Assembly (NCBI GenBank): GCA_963709345.1
Contig: CAVPVX010000004.1
Location: 319,257 to 383,256, forward strand
Origin: an uncultured Actinomycetes bacterium
GTDB lineage: Bacteria > Actinomycetota > Thermoleophilia > UBA2241
Reading direction: 5' to 3'
Length of the DNA stretch: 64,000 nt
Shown: positions 51,642 to 63,129 of the stretch, in pieces
How positions within the stretch are numbered: position 1 is the stretch's first letter
Layout of the letters: each line of letters opens with the position of its first letter
Notes under the pieces: generated by a model
Database searches by the model: none
What the model was told of the DNA's origin: nothing
What the model saw: the letters and a program-made list of their open reading frames with translations, nothing else
Program-made: the position numbers and the translations under genes

Positions 51642-53367
51642 CGGCACCTGACTGCCGAGCGGTCACGAGTGCTCGGGCGGCTGCGCGACCCTCGGTCTCG
51701 TACCGCTCCCAGTACGCATACCGGTAGGCGGCCTTGTACGAATGCTTGGCTTCAACGATGACCATGCCCAGTTTGCGGCACGGGTACTTCTCGGCAGGGT
51801 GTGGGACCTGTCGAGCATCGGCCACCTGACCGTGCTGCAAGAGATTGACGACGAACATCGCTCCGTCGACCTTGGACGCCAAGGCCGCTGTATCCCCCAC
51901 CTCGAGTATTGGCGGCGTGTCAACGATGACCCAGTCTGCCGTGTCCGCAAGCAAACCGATGATTTCCCCGAACCGCTGCGACGCCGCCATCTCGCCGGGA
52001 TTCGGCGGCAGCGGGCCGCTCGGGAGCACCCGCAGCAGGACGTCCGCGTCTGAGCCAGATGCGCCACCCGACTGACGAGGTGGGAACGGGGGAACAGACT
52101 GGCCTCGTTCGCCCGCCCCGGCCGCGGACATGACACGGACTGACCTACCTTCTCTCACAGATGCTGCAGAGACCGCACCTCCCCCTTCCTTGCTCCCGGT
52201 GCCCTCCAGCGATACTGGAATCACTGCGTCAGACAGCTCGGCGCGCCGCGCAAGCACCGAAGACAACCCGATGGCGTTGGACACGTGCAAGTAGGCATGT
52301 ATGCGCGGCCGCCGCAAATCGGCGTCCACCAGCACCACTCGCTGGCCGGCAAGCGCGAGGGAGATGGCGAGATTGGAGGCCGTCACACTCTTGCCCTCGC
52401 TCCTGACCGAACTGGTGACAAGCACCGATCGGACGTCGCCGTCTACGCCTGTGAAGCCGAGGTTGCCGCGCAGGACCCGGATGGCCTCCGCCATCGGTCC
52501 GGACGGGTTGGAAAGCATCTGCGCGCTGGCTCCCTGAGGGTCTCGACGCGCTAGTGGCGGCAGGTGGCCAAGTGCGGACATGCCTAGCATCTCGGTCATC
52601 CGCCGCTCGTCTCGTACCCTGGTGTCGAGCTGATTGACTAGGAAGGCCAGTACCGTCCGAGTACCAGGCCTAGGCTGCCCGCCAATGCCAGGGTGTGCGT
52701 CTTGCGGGAGAGAAGGGTCAGTCGGAACGGTCGCGGGAGCGATGATGGTGAAGTCGCCAGAAAGACTCTGCAGCTGCAGCTCCAGCGCCTGCTGCGACTG
52801 TTTGAGCTGCAGGTACTCGGCGCTCTCCCTCGCAGTTGAGGTTGTGTAGCTCTTCATCGCGGCTTCGACTGCCGTCAAGGCGTCTTGGACCTGGGTCCCT
52901 TTGCTGTCGCGACGCCAGTCAACGAACGCTTTCGCGGTGGCGTCGGCTGCGTCAGCGGCCGTTTGAGGATTCGCCGCGACCGCCTCAATGCTCACCACCA
53001 TCTCACTGTAGTTGCCGCTGCTGTCGGCGGGTTGGCTGGCTGTGGCCTCGTAGTCGGTGGACGCATCCTTGGCTTCAAGCAGCTTGTGAGCGCCGCTGGT
53101 CACCTGGCTGCTCGCCACCATTGCGGAGATCGTGGCTATGTCGGGCTGGGATGCCTGGGAGTAGCTTTCCTGCATGAGCGGATTGATTATGGTGACCGGC
53201 TGCACGTAGATCAGCTTCACGGTTCCACGGAAGAGGGGTGTGCTCGTGACCAGGTAAGCGAAGCCAGCGGCCAGACACGCGAGCGTGACCCCGATGATCA
53301 GCCACTTCCAGCGAGACATCACGTCGAGGTAGCTGAGCACGGCCACGCCCTCTGAAGGATCGGTCAC
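51607..53367 (-). CDS. second Wzc-type co-polymerase/tyrosine autokinase
   Basis: EAIRVLRGNL, EGKS, DADLRRP, PPNP, DTPP and a Tyr-rich tail. Local compensating frameshifts; the 3' end abuts IS630 and is uncertain. Confidence 0.85.
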   Translation of the reverse strand: MTDPSEGVAVLSYLDVMSRWKWLIIGVTLACLAAGFAYLVTSTPLFRGTVKLIYVQPVTIINPLMQESYSQASQPDIATISAMVASSQVTSGAHKLLEAKDASTDYEATASQPADSSGNYSEMVVSIEAVAANPQTAADAADATAKAFVDWRRDSKGTQVQDALTAVEAAMKSYTTSTARESAEYLQLKQSQQALELQLQSLSGDFTIIAPATVPTDPSLPQDAHPGIGGQPRPGTRTVLAFLVNQLDTRVRDERRMTEMLGMSALGHLPPLARRDPQGASAQMLSNPSGPMAEAIRVLRGNLGFTGVDGDVRSVLVTSSVRSEGKSVTASNLAISLALAGQRVVLVDADLRRPRIHAYLHVSNAIGLSSVLARRAELSDAVIPVSLEGTGSKEGGGAVSAASVREGRSVRVMSAAGAGERGQSVPPFPPRQSGGASGSDADVLLRVLPSGPLPPNPGEMAASQRFGEIIGLLADTADWVIVDTPPILEVGDTAALASKVDGAMFVVNLLQHGQVADARQVPHPAEKYPCRKLGMVIVEAKHSYKAAYRYAYWERYETEGRAAARALVTARQSGAECPESLVRLNA

Positions 53368-54078
53368 CGTACTCCTCTCCCGGGATTGCAGGGCCCCACT
53401 CCACGTTGTCCACTACCGACATGATAATGAAGCTCCTCAAGCCGGGCAATCGGCCGCGCATGACTGCGGCCAGGAATCCGCGCCGATCCCGCGCCCCGCC
53501 ACGCTCGCCGACGGGCAGATTCTGCGGGGGGATGCGCCCGTCCGCCGCCCTCGTCGCGGGCGACGGCTCCGACACGAGCACAGGAAGTGGACCGACGAAT
53601 CGATCTGGACAGAGACGTTGCGACTTCGCACAGTGTATGCCCACAGCCCCATACGCATGGCCGGAACTAGCATGGCCAACACGGTCGGGTGACCAGTGTC
53701 TGGCGGGCCTTGGTGTTGCGGCGGTCTCGCCCTTCCGATTGCTCGCTGTGCAGCGACCATCTACTGAGCGAGGCTACGCTGGTACCCAGTCGACGGCTGC
53801 CGCCGGAATGCCGTACGTGGAGTCCTCGTAGGCGCCCACGGGGCTTGGCGGAGTCTAGTGCTACCCACGCTCGATGCCTTGCAGGGCGTCCTCCCGCGAT
53901 CCCTCCGCCTCAGAAGCGAACCACGCCCCCACCGTCGGTGTAAGATTCAAGCACTCACCGTCTGCCGAGGGGGTCCTGTGGGTCTGAGAGTAGTTATCGC
54001 TCCTGCATTCTTGGTGGTGGCTTCTATCCTCACGGCCTTCGCAGCGGAATCTGCGCGGCCCAGCGGCAGGGGCATGTC

Positions 54079-55097
54079 GTGAAATACGACGTGGCGCGCG
54101 TGATGGAGCACTGGTCGGCGGTCGACTGTGCTGCTGATGAGCGGAGCTTCTACCGCTTCCCTGCGATCCGCGCGAGGTCGTGCCAACTCGTCTTCGGTGA
54201 GTCAGACGGCGGCGACCCGGAATGGGTCGAGAAGTGGACTGTTGAGAAGTACCTGAAGGGCAGTCTTCCCTTCAGCAAGTGCCTCAGCATCTGTTGTGGT
54301 TTCGGTGCTGTCGAAAGGGCACTCGCGAACCTTCACGTGGCGCGGGAGATCGTCGGGACGGACATTGCCCCCGGTGCAATCGAAGAAGCGACGCGGCTTC
54401 GTGCCAAGGCTGAGAGGCTGATGAGCATCAAGTACTATGTCGCGGACTTGAATCGCGAGGAACTGCCGCCTGCCGAGTACGACCTGATCTGGGCGAACGG
54501 CGCTCTGCATCACATCGAGGACGTCGACAGAGTGGTCTCGAAGTTGTATGCCGCCCTTCGGGACGGCGGGTATCTGGTATCCAATGAGTACGTGGGCCCC
54601 AAGTACCAGCAGATCGGAGAGAGGCAACAGGAACTCGTGAATGCCGCGAAGCATGTGTTGCCCCCAGCGAGCTCCGTGGCAAGGTCCTCTATCCGAGACC
54701 CAACGGCCAGTCGATTCCGGCCAGGGCGATTCGGTCTACAAGACGACGGCTTCAAGCGCGTCGACGCAATCAGGTCTATGAACGCCTTTGGGACAGGCAG
54801 CCCGTGGAGGACTTCCTGGCCAAGGATCCATCAGAGTGTGTCGGTTCTCACCTCGTCATTCCCGCACTGAGGAAACACTTCGACCACGTTGACGTCAGGT
54901 ACTTCAATGGGTCCATTCTCCTCCACGCCCTGGACGCGACGTTCTACGAGAACTTCGATCCCCGCGATCCCAAGCACGTCACAGCTCTGCAGATGCTGTT
55001 CGACATCGAGGACACGCTGGCCGCCACGGGCGAGATAGCCCAAGACAACGCGCACATCATCTGCAGGAAGGGTCGTGCCGGGTTGTCGCGATCCTGA
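54079..55097 (+). CDS. class I SAM-dependent methyltransferase (frameshift ~54665-54800)
   Basis: ICCGFG, GTDIA, ADLN, ALHH, NEYVGP; the C-part DPSE continues in ORF 54804-55097. Confidence 0.8.
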
Positions 55098-55365
55098 TCG
55101 CGAACTCCGAGGCATAGGCCTGCATGCCGGTGCGGCCCGGCGTGGCCGCTGACCTTGAGCAGCGCGAGGAGCCGGTCGCTGACGCGGCGAGAGTCTCGAG
55201 TTGCCTGGAGCGACTCGTAGATGGCTAGGCCGCTGTCCTGCCAAGCGGGGTCGCTGGCGCTGACGCCACTGCCAATCGGGTGGGAGACCAGCCACGCCTG
55301 CCCGTCAGCAAGCGCGTGGCTGGACGTAGCGGCGTTCTGCACGTAGGCAAGGACAGCGTGGTACA

Positions 55366-56473
55366 TCACGTAGGTCTTGTCCGCCGCGTCGCGGTCGAGC
55401 AGGCCCCATGCGCGCAGCCGGCCGACGAGAGCGCGGTAGCACCTCGTACGGCGCGCCGTCCCTTCGCTGGCAAGACGACGCCGCGGTCGAGGTAGTAACA
55501 GGCTAGGAGATACTGCCGACCGAGCGGGTACCACCAGCGCTGCAGCAGTCTCTCGATGTCCTCCGTTTTCGCGGCGTCTGGGCCTTGCGCCCCATCATGA
55601 CGTCGGACATCATCCGGCTCGCTTCCGGAGGGTGGGGTCCGTTAAAGCGCCTCAGCCAACTTGGGGAGCGGTAGTCGCGGTGGACGCGGTACGGACGATC
55701 GAGGCGGAAATAGCTGTGCTCCGCCCAGTCGACGAGTCCCGCGCACCACTTAGGCTTCTCGTCCTGATAGATGCGCGGTTTCTGCTCGACCTGCCAGGGG
55801 ATGAGGGACTCGTAGTGGTACAGGAACACTCCACGCCGAGCCGTCTCCCCGGCACGGACCCAGTGAAGGGTTCTGAGGTCGCGGCCGCGGTCGTCGGCGA
55901 CGGTCGGCGGTTCATGCGTCACGTACCGGTACCCCGGCCCCCACCTGAAGAGCCGGTTGAAGTCGCGCGTCCCGTCCAGGTGGTGCCACGACTCCGCGAC
56001 GTAGCGCAGGCCGCCGAAGAAGCTGTACGTGCGGAAGGAGACCGCCGAGACGTCCGGTTGCTCCTCGAGCATCGCGATTACGGCCCGCATGTCCTCGGGT
56101 CGGTAGAACTCGTCGATGTCCACCTGCCAAAGGTAGTCGCCTGTGGCGCGCTCCGCGTAGGCGCGCGACTGATGGGTGCGGTGGTTGCCGAGTTCGTCCG
56201 TCTGGCCAGAACCCGTCACGGGTGACGATCTCGACCTTGTCGAGCGGATCCTCCTCGGCCTTGAACCGCTGGAGCACTTCCAGCGTCCCGTCGATGGAGT
56301 GGCCATTTGGCGTCGCGACGGCGCGTGTGTCCTCGTGGCCGCCTTCGACGACCACGATCTGGTGCGCGAACGGGTAGAGCAATGCGCAGGCAGTAGCGAG
56401 TGAATGGCTCACCGTTCAGCACGATGATGCCGAACGTTATGCGCGGCCACGGCGACTGGGTGTCCTTGCTCAC
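55366..56473 (-). CDS. GT-A glycosyltransferase (GT2-like; several frameshifts, 3' end approximate)
   Basis: ITFGIIVLNGEPF, IVVVEG, SxDGT and DYLWQVDIDEFY (DxD). Confidence 0.72.
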
Positions 56474-56678
56474 AGGCTCCTCACTCCCTCCCGCCTTGGG
56501 CTCACGAAACGTACTGGTCCGTCTCGGCCCGGATCCCTGAATGCGCAACTGCTGATATGCTGTTCGACGTAGCCGTTGCGTTCCATGGAACCAAGAAGCG
56601 GGTGTGGTCGGTCCGCTCTGCGGGAGCAGACATAGGCCGACTCGCTGTCGCCAGTCGCAGACGGCCTCGAGGGGGGTG

Positions 56679-57773
56679 ATGGACGATAGAGTCGTGGAGT
56701 CTGCGCCCATGGGCGCACATCTCACCGCAGAGGCTCTCCTACCAAGTCACCGCTATGTCACTCTGCCGCCGTTCGGTCGTCGGCAGTTACTGGTGTCCGC
56801 GTCCACGCGTGTCGAACGCTGGCGCCTCGCCCGCTCGAGTGTGTCATGGGGCTGCAGCCTCAGCGGCGCGAGACGGGCGAGGCGGCGAACGCTGGCTGCC
56901 ATGGTGGCCGCTTGGTGCCTCCTCTCGCCAGGCCGCAAGCCACCCATGCACGTGGTGTGGCACGACCCAGGGCTGGATCGTCTTCTGCGCAACTACTGCG
57001 ACGAGGCTGCCTCCATGGTGGTCATTCCACGCAGAGGCGGCACTCACCGTGTGTGTGGGCTTGCCGCGGGCTCTCGGGGGAGAGCGTTCATCAAAGTAGC
57101 CGAGGGAGCTAACGATGTGCGCTCGCTCGCTGCGGAGGCGCGAATGCTACGGAAGGTGGGCTCCACCTGCGCACCCAAGCTCCTATGTGAGCACATCGAG
57201 GCCGACGCGGGCTTCGTCGTTGTCGAGGCGGTGCGCCTCGATTGCCGACAGCCGTCGTTAGTCCCTGACGCCCGGGCCATCGGGCTTCTGGAATCGCTCC
57301 CCCGACATGGGGACGAGGATGCTGAGAGCCACCCTTGGATCGTGTCGTTGCTTGAATCGGGGTGTCCTCCGGACGTGGTGCGTTGGAGTGAGGTGTTGCG
57401 CTCGCGACGCTGGCCCCTGGTAGTCTTCCATGCTGATTTCATGCCGTACCACCTTGCGACACGGCCGGGTGGTGATCCGGTGCTCGTGGACTGGGAGTAT
57501 GGTTCACTGGCCGGCTTCCCCGGAGTCGATGCAGCCGTATGGGCTGTGAACGTCGGAGCCCGTCACTTGGGTGCATCCGCCGACGTGATCTCCTCGGTGT
57601 TCACGTCTTGGGCATGCAGTCGCGAGTTGGGTGGCATTCGGATGAAGCAGGAGGAGGCTCGCGCGGTTCTGGCGCTGGCGGCTTACTTCACGCACCGGGC
57701 CCTCGGTGCGTCCGGGTCCGAGCACGCCCAGCGGGTGAGGACCTCGCTTTCGACGCACGACATCGAGGACTAG
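56679..57773 (+). CDS. APH/choline-kinase-like phosphotransferase
   Basis: FIK..E, HADF (Brenner-type HxD) and LVDWE. Confidence 0.6.
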   Translation: MDDRVVESAPMGAHLTAEALLPSHRYVTLPPFGRRQLLVSASTRVERWRLARSSVSWGCSLSGARRARRRTLAAMVAAWCLLSPGRKPPMHVVWHDPGLDRLLRNYCDEAASMVVIPRRGGTHRVCGLAAGSRGRAFIKVAEGANDVRSLAAEARMLRKVGSTCAPKLLCEHIEADAGFVVVEAVRLDCRQPSLVPDARAIGLLESLPRHGDEDAESHPWIVSLLESGCPPDVVRWSEVLRSRRWPLVVFHADFMPYHLATRPGGDPVLVDWEYGSLAGFPGVDAAVWAVNVGARHLGASADVISSVFTSWACSRELGGIRMKQEEARAVLALAAYFTHRALGASGSEHAQRVRTSLSTHDIED

Positions 57774-57925
57774 TGTCCCGATTCAAAGATCTGCTCGAAG
57801 CAGGCGGCACGGCTCTCGATGATCTCGTCGCTCGTCTTGTGCCACACGAACGGGCGCGGGTTCTCGATTGGGTTCGCGGAATGACTCTACGGGTGCTGCG
57901 CACCGTCAATGATCTCCGCACTTCA
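57770..57925 (-). mobile_element. IS630 right-end remnant
   Basis: ctagtgtcc terminus; the minus strand reads NPRPFVWHKTSDEII..ESGH*, like the intact IS630 C-terminus. Confidence 0.75.
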
Positions 57926-57927
57926 CC

Positions 57928-58748
57928 CTACCGTCGACACTTGACGGCGAGGAACGCGCCTCGCGACACGCCGAGCAGTTTCATGGTCTGTCTTCTCACC
58001 CACTGTCTCTTCGTCCAGGCGGCGCTCGAGTCGATCAACTGCAGTCCGGCAGCTCGTAGCAGCACGCCCATGCTGGTTGGACGGTAGTAGTACAGGTGGT
58101 CGTCAGGCTCGTAAGCCCTCAACGACGAGCGCGCCGTCCCCAGTGCTCCGCTCAAGCCTGCGCGAAGCCAGTCATACGGCGGCACTTCGATGAGAGCAAC
58201 GCCTCCCGGCCGAAGCCAGTCAGCGACCAGATTCAGAAGGCGTGCAGGCTCACCGACATGCTCGAGGACCTGGGTCAGCGTGATCACGTCGTAGTAGTCG
58301 CGCGTGCCAGAAGCCTCATAGGCATTTACACTGAGAACCGAATGGCGTCTCGCGGCCACCTCCGCACAAGGGGCGTTGAGCTCGAGGCCGAACGTGGCGA
58401 ACCCTGCGTTACGAGCATGGTCAAGAAGTGTGCCAATCCCACAGCCGATGTCCAGCCAGTTTCCCGTGGTCACGCCTGTGCTGAGCACGGCACCTATCGC
58501 CGGGTGCGCCGCCCCCCCCCCCGTGACTCCCTACCGGCTCGAAACCACTCCACTAAGTGAGTCTCCTGCTCATAGCACGCGTCTCGATACTCCGTGCACA
58601 ATCGAGGACAAACATAGACCAAGCCGCAGGACGCGCATTCCATGAGGTGGAATGAGCCAACGGAGTAGGCAGCTGGTACCGTGCCCTTCGACCGTTGCGG
58701 CAAGCCAAGGCAAAGCTCGCAGGAAACGACCTCCGTGGCGAACCGCAT
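57928..58748 (-). CDS. class I SAM methyltransferase with Zn-ribbon N-terminus (frameshift at G11 tract 58512-58522)
   Basis: CELC..CASCGLVY, LDIGCGIG, QVLEHV, LRPGG..EVP and HLYYY. Confidence 0.8.
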
Positions 58749-59249
58749 CTGCTCACGGCGATCGGCCCTGCCATCTGGCATCAGTGGAATCCTCACCGGA
58801 CTGGCCCAAGGCGCCGATGACTCGTTGCTGAGGGGCTGAGTTCCCAGCCGTAAGCTCACCCGATCATGCATGGTGACGGGCTTCCGCAGCCCCGGAGACG
58901 TCATTCTAAGTCGAGATGCGTCGGGCTTTTTCAGGGCGTCCTTGATGTACAGCGTCTCAGCCGGCGTGGGAGGCGTGCCGTGAGCAGGGGCCATGGTTTG
59001 CGGCATCTGTGGGAACTGCGACTCGGGAGCTGCGGGAGCCGGTCACGACCATCTCGATGTCTCCGAAGTCTTCACGAGTCACCATCCCGCAATGTCCGTC
59101 CCCGCGCACCGCGTTGAGAGCCTAGACTATTCACCCCAAGCGGACAAGGGCGCGCCTAGCTGTGACCGGCCCAACCTCGGTTACGCAAGTGAGGAGTCTT
59201 GCGGCGTGCATTGCGTGCAGGGAAGCTTCTGGCCGGGCCCCTTCTTGAG

Positions 59250-59326
59250 AACTTGGTCGCTTCGGTCGCCTCCGCCTCGCGCAGGATGGCGACGACCTGC
59301 GACTCGGAAGCCCGCGAGGTCTTCAC
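59250..59326 (-). mobile_element. IS3-family orfA N-terminal fragment
   Basis: AAGGAG SD followed by VKTSRASESQVVAILREAEA, like MKKSRFxExQIxxILxEAEA. Confidence 0.5.
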
Positions 59327-59849
59327 TCTCGATCTCCTTCTTCGAGGAGACTCCACCAACTCAGGCGATACTGGCGGCGGGTCGCGCCCAGGCGCCCGCA
59401 GCGGAGAAGACTGAGTCGCGCATGGGTAGCACCAGAGTTGTGTTCGAGCGGGAGACCCACATCGCGCGAATGGCATGCAGTGGGACGAGATGGGTGCGGT
59501 CAAATGCGGTTTGACTGACGCGCATCAGACCAATAGGGTCGCCGGCGCTCACAGTTCAGATAACGCAAGGCATCTCCCAGACGCGACCTGCGCTCGCGAC
59601 GGCGCCCATCTCGGGACTCCGGATTCGACGAGTGACCGGACTCCTTCCTCCCAGATGCGTGCCCCGAGGACGTCGGATGCGCGTGGCGAAACCATCAGCA
59701 AGGCCCGATGCACACCGCGAGCACCCGGCGAAAGGACTCACAGTTGATGCGCAGGACTCTGGCCGTTGCGTGGCTCTCACGTTCTTAGCAGGGACTGTCC
59801 TGTCGTCGCCGGTGATCCAATCTGCGTTGCCCAGACTGCGAAGATCACC

Positions 59850-61140
59850 GCCCTATCACACCAGAGCGCCAAGGTCGGTGTTCGGTTCGACGATCAAGGG
59901 CAAGTACTTCGGCTTGCGGCAGGGGCAATCGAAGGGTGACCTTCGGCGAGCGGCCCAACATGCTCGGCTTCGCGCCTTGCTCAAGAGGGCAAAGGTGATT
60001 TCGTGGAGCAACTCCTCCATCAGAGTTCGAGTGCCCGGGCTTGCTCCCGGCTCGCACAGGGGTCCAGGACCACGGTCGGCGGGAGGGCGTCGAAGGCCTA
60101 CCCGTTCAGCATCACGCCGCTCACAATCATCAGCAGCAGAGCCTTCGTGACGTCCAGTGACCGCGGCCACGAAATCCCCAGCGGGCACGATATCCTCTTC
60201 GACGGCTTCACGTTTACCGCCACGAACCCCATCATCGGGGCAACAGGTAGGGGTGGTCACGCTGGGGTGCGCACGTCCGCACCAGCGCATCACCTTCGGT
60301 AACTGCACGTTCACCGGCAATGTAGGTGTCGGAGGCGACAATACGACGAGGGTGTCAACGCCGTCAGGGTGAGTAACTGGTGGGTGGTAGAGAGACCGTC
60401 GACGACATCAGCCTCGTCGGCTGCAAGTTCGGGCAGTTCTCGCGCATGGGATACGAGTCAGGTGAATGACGTCGCCTCCAATCACCCGCGAAGCGCGTCC
60501 TCTTCCGCGGCTGCACCTTCGAGCCGACCGGCGCAGAGCCGCTCAGCAACAACGCGGGGTCACTCTACCAACTCGTCGACGACTGCACCTTCAAGGGCAG
60601 CGGCGACGATATCGGCACCCGTGCCTACGAGCGGGACGTTCGAGGTCAACAGGACGGCATCGGGTCAGGGCGGGTCGGACGCACCCCAGCTACCTGGAGG
60701 TGCGCGACTGCGACTTCTGGGCCTGCGCGGCGGCGTCTTCAACTTGCAAGGCAACCCGACGACCTGGCGGACCGTGAATCCGTACATCCTCATCAAGGAC
60801 ACGGACATCGACTATACGCACACCTACCAGTCGAGATTCGTCTCGCGGGCCATTTTCGGAGCATGCACCACATCAGCTACGTGCGCTTCTCAGGCTGCAC
60901 CATCAACACTGGGCTCGGACCAACTGCGTCCAGCAGCGGGTACCGAGGGCGCCGTGGACCAGCCGACGTGGGGACCCGGCTGGGGAAACGTGCAGCCACA
61001 TCAACTTCAGAGGTTCCACCATCATGGGCTACGTCGGCATTGCCTCGCCGTATCCTGGAATCCCGACCACAGCGCGAGGGTACTGGGATGCGGCGGCCGA
61101 CCAGACGAACACCTGGCCCACCCTCGTCCGTTAGGCTTCC
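59850..61140 (+). pseudogene. heavily frameshifted extracellular protein with IPT/TIG-like and parallel beta-helix segments (limits approximate)
   Basis: TIKGKYFG..SWSNSSIRVRVP..VGGRASKAYPFSI, followed by repeated ITFxNCTF/VRFSGCTI-type motifs. Confidence 0.45.
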
Positions 61141-61281
61141 TGAGCGGTCGGGGCAGGCCTGGCGGAGGCTCAGCTCGATACCAGCGCTATCGCCGGTGGG
61201 CCAAAGGGCGATAGGCTGGCCGTGAGCATTCTGCGGATGGCTGGGGACGGTAAGGCACGTGGTCTTCGTCAGGGGACGGTG

Positions 61282-62077
61282 ATGCATTCTCTCAATCTCT
61301 CCACTCAGGTACGTTTCAAGCTGCACGACTGGCGTACTCGCTTGGGCATTCGGCGCGCTCGTCGAGGCGGCGCCGTCATCGGCGAAGGCTGTCGTTTACG
61401 GCCTCCCGGAGTTTGGCACCGAACCCTTCCTGATCAGCATCGGGCGCGATGTAGATTCGCCTCCAAGGTTGTGATGATCACGCACGACGGCGGCATCTCA
61501 GTGTTCCGGACCTGATTCGGAGCGGTACGGAAAGGTTCGTAAGTTCGGCCGAATCGACATTCGCGCGAACTGCGTGATTGGGTGGGGAGCCATCATCCTC
61601 CCGGGGGTGACCATCGGACCGAATTTCGTGATTGGGGCAGGCTCGGTGGTCACACGGAGCGTTCCCCCAGGTGTCCTTGCCGCCGGCAACCCGGCCAAGC
61701 CAGTGATGACTATTCACCAGTACGCGGAGTGGTCACTTGCGGCGAGCCCCGATATCGATGAAGCGGAATACGCTCGCGACCCTAGGGCCTATTTGATGCG
61801 CACGCCACTCCGGGGGTCAGTTCCTAGGCGATTCCGCCAGGACGACTGCAGCGAGAGCAGGGACGGTGATCGAGGTCCTCAGGTGTGGCGTTGTCTCGCG
61901 ATGGGCGGTGGTATACGGTATTGGCCCGCCGTGACGCGTCCAACAGCGGAGCCCCAGGTAGCGACGGCTAACCTGAGGCCGGGCGGCCCGCCGCTCTCTC
62001 GTACACCGCCAGCGTCTGGTCGGCGATGGTCTCCCAATCATAGGCTTGTCGCACGCGTGCGGCCGCTTTCTCGCTGA
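61282..62077 (+). CDS. hexapeptide-repeat (LbH) O-acetyltransferase (frameshifts; 3' end uncertain)
   Basis: FGTEPFLIxIG, ITHDGG and IGWGAIILPGVTIG..VIGAGSVVTRSVP..AGNPA. Confidence 0.8.
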
Positions 62078-63088
62078 GCTCGCGGCGGAGTTCGACGCTT
62101 CCGGCTACGCGTTTGAGCGCTGCTGCCAGGGCATGGCGATCCCTCAGCGGAAAGGCGAGTCCCGCGGGTGGATCTCCGAGAGCCTCGACGTTGCCGGGGA
62201 TGTCGCTGACGACGACCGGGAGCCCGAACGCCATGGCCTCCAGGAGGCTGATGCTCAACCCCTCGACCTCCGAGGGCAGCGCGTAGGCGAGGGCGGACGA
62301 GTACAACTCCTCGAGGTCCCTGCCGTACATGTAGCCGGGGAAGAGCGCCTGAGCGCCAGCCTTGGACTTCAGGCGGTTCGTGTACTCGTCTGTGTGGCTG
62401 GAGTCGCCCTGGCGAAGACCACCTTGAGGTCGGGCAGTTCTGCGATCGCCGCCACGAGGTCGTCGGGGCACTTCTCGGGAATGAGGCCGGCCGACGAAGA
62501 ACACGTAGTCGCCACCCTGCAGACCGAGCCGTCTCAGCAGTTCCCCAGGCGGACGTCGCGTCAGCTTCCCGGGACCATTCGGGATGTAAACGCTGATGCG
62601 GCGATGGTACTTGTCCTCGAGGTGTCGAGTACCGCTCGTGGAGACGGCGATCCACCCGCGCGGCGCACCGCACGGCGACGTGCTCGGAGATCCTCAGGAT
62701 GGCCTTGGCGACTCGACCCCACTTCGCGCGTTCGTAGTCGAGCGCGTGGAACGTGAGTACCGTCCGGCGGAGTCGCCAGCCTCGCGAAGGGCAGCAGAAG
62801 GCCGGGACCGATTGCGTGGACGTGCAGCAGGTCGTACTCGCCACGGTGCGCATGCCACATGGAGCGGGCCGTGTGCGTGATAGCCTCGGTGTAGTCGCCC
62901 GAGAGGCATCCAAGCCCGATGACGCGGACGCCGCCGCACTCTGCGCCCTGACAGTAGGCGGTGCGCGCGTAGACCGTGACGCGCACGCCGCGCTCGACCA
63001 GCCGAGGGTAGAGCTCCTCGACGTGGCGCTCGATGCCGCCGTTGACGCCAGGCATTTCCCCTCGCCAACCAATCACCGCTACGCGCAT
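61968..63088 (-). CDS. glycosyltransferase family 4 (frameshifts)
   Basis: MRVAVIGxRG..GGIERHVEEL, HAIGP, KWG and PSEVEGLSISLLEAMAFG. Confidence 0.85.
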
Positions 63089-63129
63089 CGCCGCCCTCCG
63101 TCTGCCTGCTCACCAGAGCGCATGATTGC

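Noticed and set aside
53400-54070. Long intergenic stretch as an ncRNA or riboswitch
   Set aside because: I recognised no tRNA, riboswitch or convincing conserved structure; an Rfam scan would be needed.
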